From assembly GCA_964486045.1 (NCBI GenBank), contig CAZALK010000001.1, positions 488,242 through 552,241 on the forward strand: DNA of 64,000 nucleotides. Direction: 5' to 3'. The stretch comes from an uncultured archaeon. Its GTDB lineage: Archaea; Asgardarchaeota; Lokiarchaeia; Sigyniarchaeales; SOKP01. Position 1 is the stretch's first letter. Each line of letters opens with the position of its first letter. A program made the position numbers and the translations under genes. This document shows, piece by piece, positions 61,950 to 64,000 of the stretch. The notes beneath the pieces were generated by a model. That model ran no database searches, was not told the origin of the DNA, and saw nothing but the letters and a program-made list of their open reading frames with translations.

Positions 61950-63154
61950 ATTGCTGGAACTGGACTTTTAAATCCTCTACTTGATAGGTTATGAATTTAT
62001 CGCTTGATTTTTATGATTCTATTACAAGCGAACTTGTACAAAAATTATGATACAATTGGAAAATGGAAGGGAAAAATGGTTGCTAATACTTTTGCGCCCC
62101 CAGTCGGGAGTCGACCCATGCTCCGTGCGCTAAAAGGATTAATAAAATCTCAATTAATGCCTTATCCTTTTCCTGTTGCCATGACGTTCACAATAACATA
62201 TAACTGTCAATGTAAATGCGTTATTGTAGTGCTGGAAGGCATGATAACAAAGATAGGAAAGAATTATCTACAGAAGAAACGAAAAAACTAATAAATGATG
62301 CTCAAAAATTAGGGGTAACTATAATTGCCTTCACAGGAGGAGAACCGACACTAAGGAAGGATCTTTTTGAGCTTATTACTCACGTAAACAAAAAAAAAGC
62401 GATGCCTGTAATGTTTACAAGTGGTCAATTCCTTACACATGAAAATGTAGAAAAATTGTCTGAAGCAGGACTTTATTCGTCATTTTTAAGTATTGATTCT
62501 CCTAATCCTGAGGAACATAACAAATTAAGAGGCATGCCGGGATTATTTGAAACTGCAATTGAGGGGATTAAGAAAGTGAAATCAACAGGGATTTTCGCAG
62601 GACTTTCTTCTTACGCTACCCGCTCGGGAACAGAAAAAGGAGTTTATAAAAAAATTCACGAGCTAGGTATCAACCTTGGTCTTCATAATATAATCTATTT
62701 TGATTGTGTGCCTACAGGAAATATGCTAAAGGATACAAGTGAGATGTTAACACCTGAATTGCATGAGGAAATCCATAACTATTCTGCTGAAGTATTTAAA
62801 AATAAGATTGTTCCACCTCTTTCATCGCAAGCTTGGCTAAATTCTGTGAAAGCATTTCTTTCTGGAATAGGATGTTTGGCTGCAAATATTCAATATTATG
62901 CTTCTGCTTATGGAGAGATTTCTCCATGTGATTTCTCTCCTCTTTCATTTGGGAATATTCGGAAAGAATCATTAAAAAAAATATAGATGAGGATGGTAAA
63001 ACATCCTGCATTCAATCATCGGAGTCCTTTCTGTAGAATGCAAAACAAGGAATTCAGACATTTCTATATTTATCCCATCCCCGATGACACAAACCTCCCA
63101 TATTCTATAAAAAACCTTCCTAGCGTAGACTACCGGAAAGTAAAAATAGATTAA
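61950..63154 (+). pseudogene. Degraded radical SAM/SPASM protein
   Basis: CxxxCxxC motif broken by a 1-nt deletion near 62222 (NCQCKCV|CSA); in-frame TAG at 62984-86 with the frame continuing to 63154; a further TGA near 61992. The 5' boundary is approximate. Confidence 0.8.
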
Positions 63155-63207
63155 GTTAATTATACTTAGTAGTTTCAATAATTTTATCCTACAATAATCT
63201 TACGTTG

Positions 63208-63999
63208 TTAAAGATTGATCTTAAGGAAATTAAGACTGGTTTCATAATTACGGGAAACTTTGAACTTCTTTCCAACTAATTCTTGATGGCTTAGGTTTTC
63301 TAATGTTTTAGAGTCTTCTTTTAACACTGCTAATGTACGTGAACCATTTTCAAGAACTCCAATAACAATTCCCAAATCTGGTTTTCCATCTCGTTTATAA
63401 GTAATAGTATAGGCTTCAATAGTAAGGATACCATTTGGTTCTTCAACAGGTTTAGGAAGTTCTTCACCTTCAATTTCTTGTTGCACTTCTGAAAGTTTAT
63501 CAGTGCACCATGGTCTTATAAGGGGTGTTTTCCCATAAATTACTACAGATTGTTTGGTATTCCATCCCCCGTTTGCTATTTGCATTATTTTTAAAGATGG
63601 AGACTTACGAATTAGATCTACAGCTGTTATTGCTGGATGTAATGAATAATTATTCCCAGGTCCTCCAAAAAAAGGCATTCTTCCAGTAATAATAAGGGGG
63701 CGTGGGTCTTTTTCCTTTATATTTAATGCATTACGAATAATCTGTACCATTGAAGGAAAGCAACTATAAAAATCAAATAGATCAATATCCTCAATTTTAA
63801 GTCCAGCCTGAGCAAGTGATAAACGGGATGCATGTTTTACAGCAGGAGATTTGATCAAGCTTGGTCGTTGAGTTATGTTAAATATATTATGTAAATCTCC
63901 TCCTCCCATTAAATAAATCCATTTAGAAGGTTCAATGTTTAATTCTTCAGCAAATTCTTGAGAGGTTATTATTATCGCACCTGATTGATCAATAAAAGG
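63208..63999 (-). CDS. Thiolase-like (acetyl-CoA acetyltransferase family) protein, C-terminal part; the gene starts beyond the window
   Basis: Frame open to the window edge (..IDQSGAIII..); DFYSCFP, TG.MPFFGGPGNNYS, ANGG. Confidence 0.85.
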   Translation of the reverse strand, partial: PFIDQSGAIIITSQEFAEELNIEPSKWIYLMGGGDLHNIFNITQRPSLIKSPAVKHASRLSLAQAGLKIEDIDLFDFYSCFPSMVQIIRNALNIKEKDPRPLIITGRMPFFGGPGNNYSLHPAITAVDLIRKSPSLKIMQIANGGWNTKQSVVIYGKTPLIRPWCTDKLSEVQQEIEGEELPKPVEEPNGILTIEAYTITYKRDGKPDLGIVIGVLENGSRTLAVLKEDSKTLENLSHQELVGKKFKVSRNYETSLNFLKINL

Positions 64000-64000
64000 A

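Overview
Very AT-rich archaeal chromosome segment, almost certainly Asgard (Lokiarchaeia-like): it has an unsplit Rpo2, Elf1, PolD DP1/DP2, Cdc6, CarS, PAN, TFE, NAC and MBF1, plus eukaryote-like proteins (three Ras/Rab-family GTPases, a roadblock-GTPase fusion, a longin-like protein). Most of the window is housekeeping, with an accessory stretch at about 16.4-23.6 kb. Main observation: a longin-like protein-coding gene (22562-23356) is interrupted by two 30-nt inserts. Each insert carries an in-frame stop and folds into a bulge-helix-bulge (BHB) splicing motif whose canonical cleavage restores the reading frame exactly. These are candidate tRNA-type (EndA/RtcB) introns in an mRNA, and the gene lies just upstream of rtcB and archease. 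All three tRNA genes in the window also carry 29-30-nt BHB introns at non-canonical positions. Other highlights: an unannotated 51-aa WH2/beta-thymosin-like peptide; a BAR-like gene next to a polyproline/VASP-like gene; and two paralogues sharing a promoter and low-complexity leader but carrying different repeat and nuclease cargo. All calls come from reading motifs by eye; no searches or folding programs were run.
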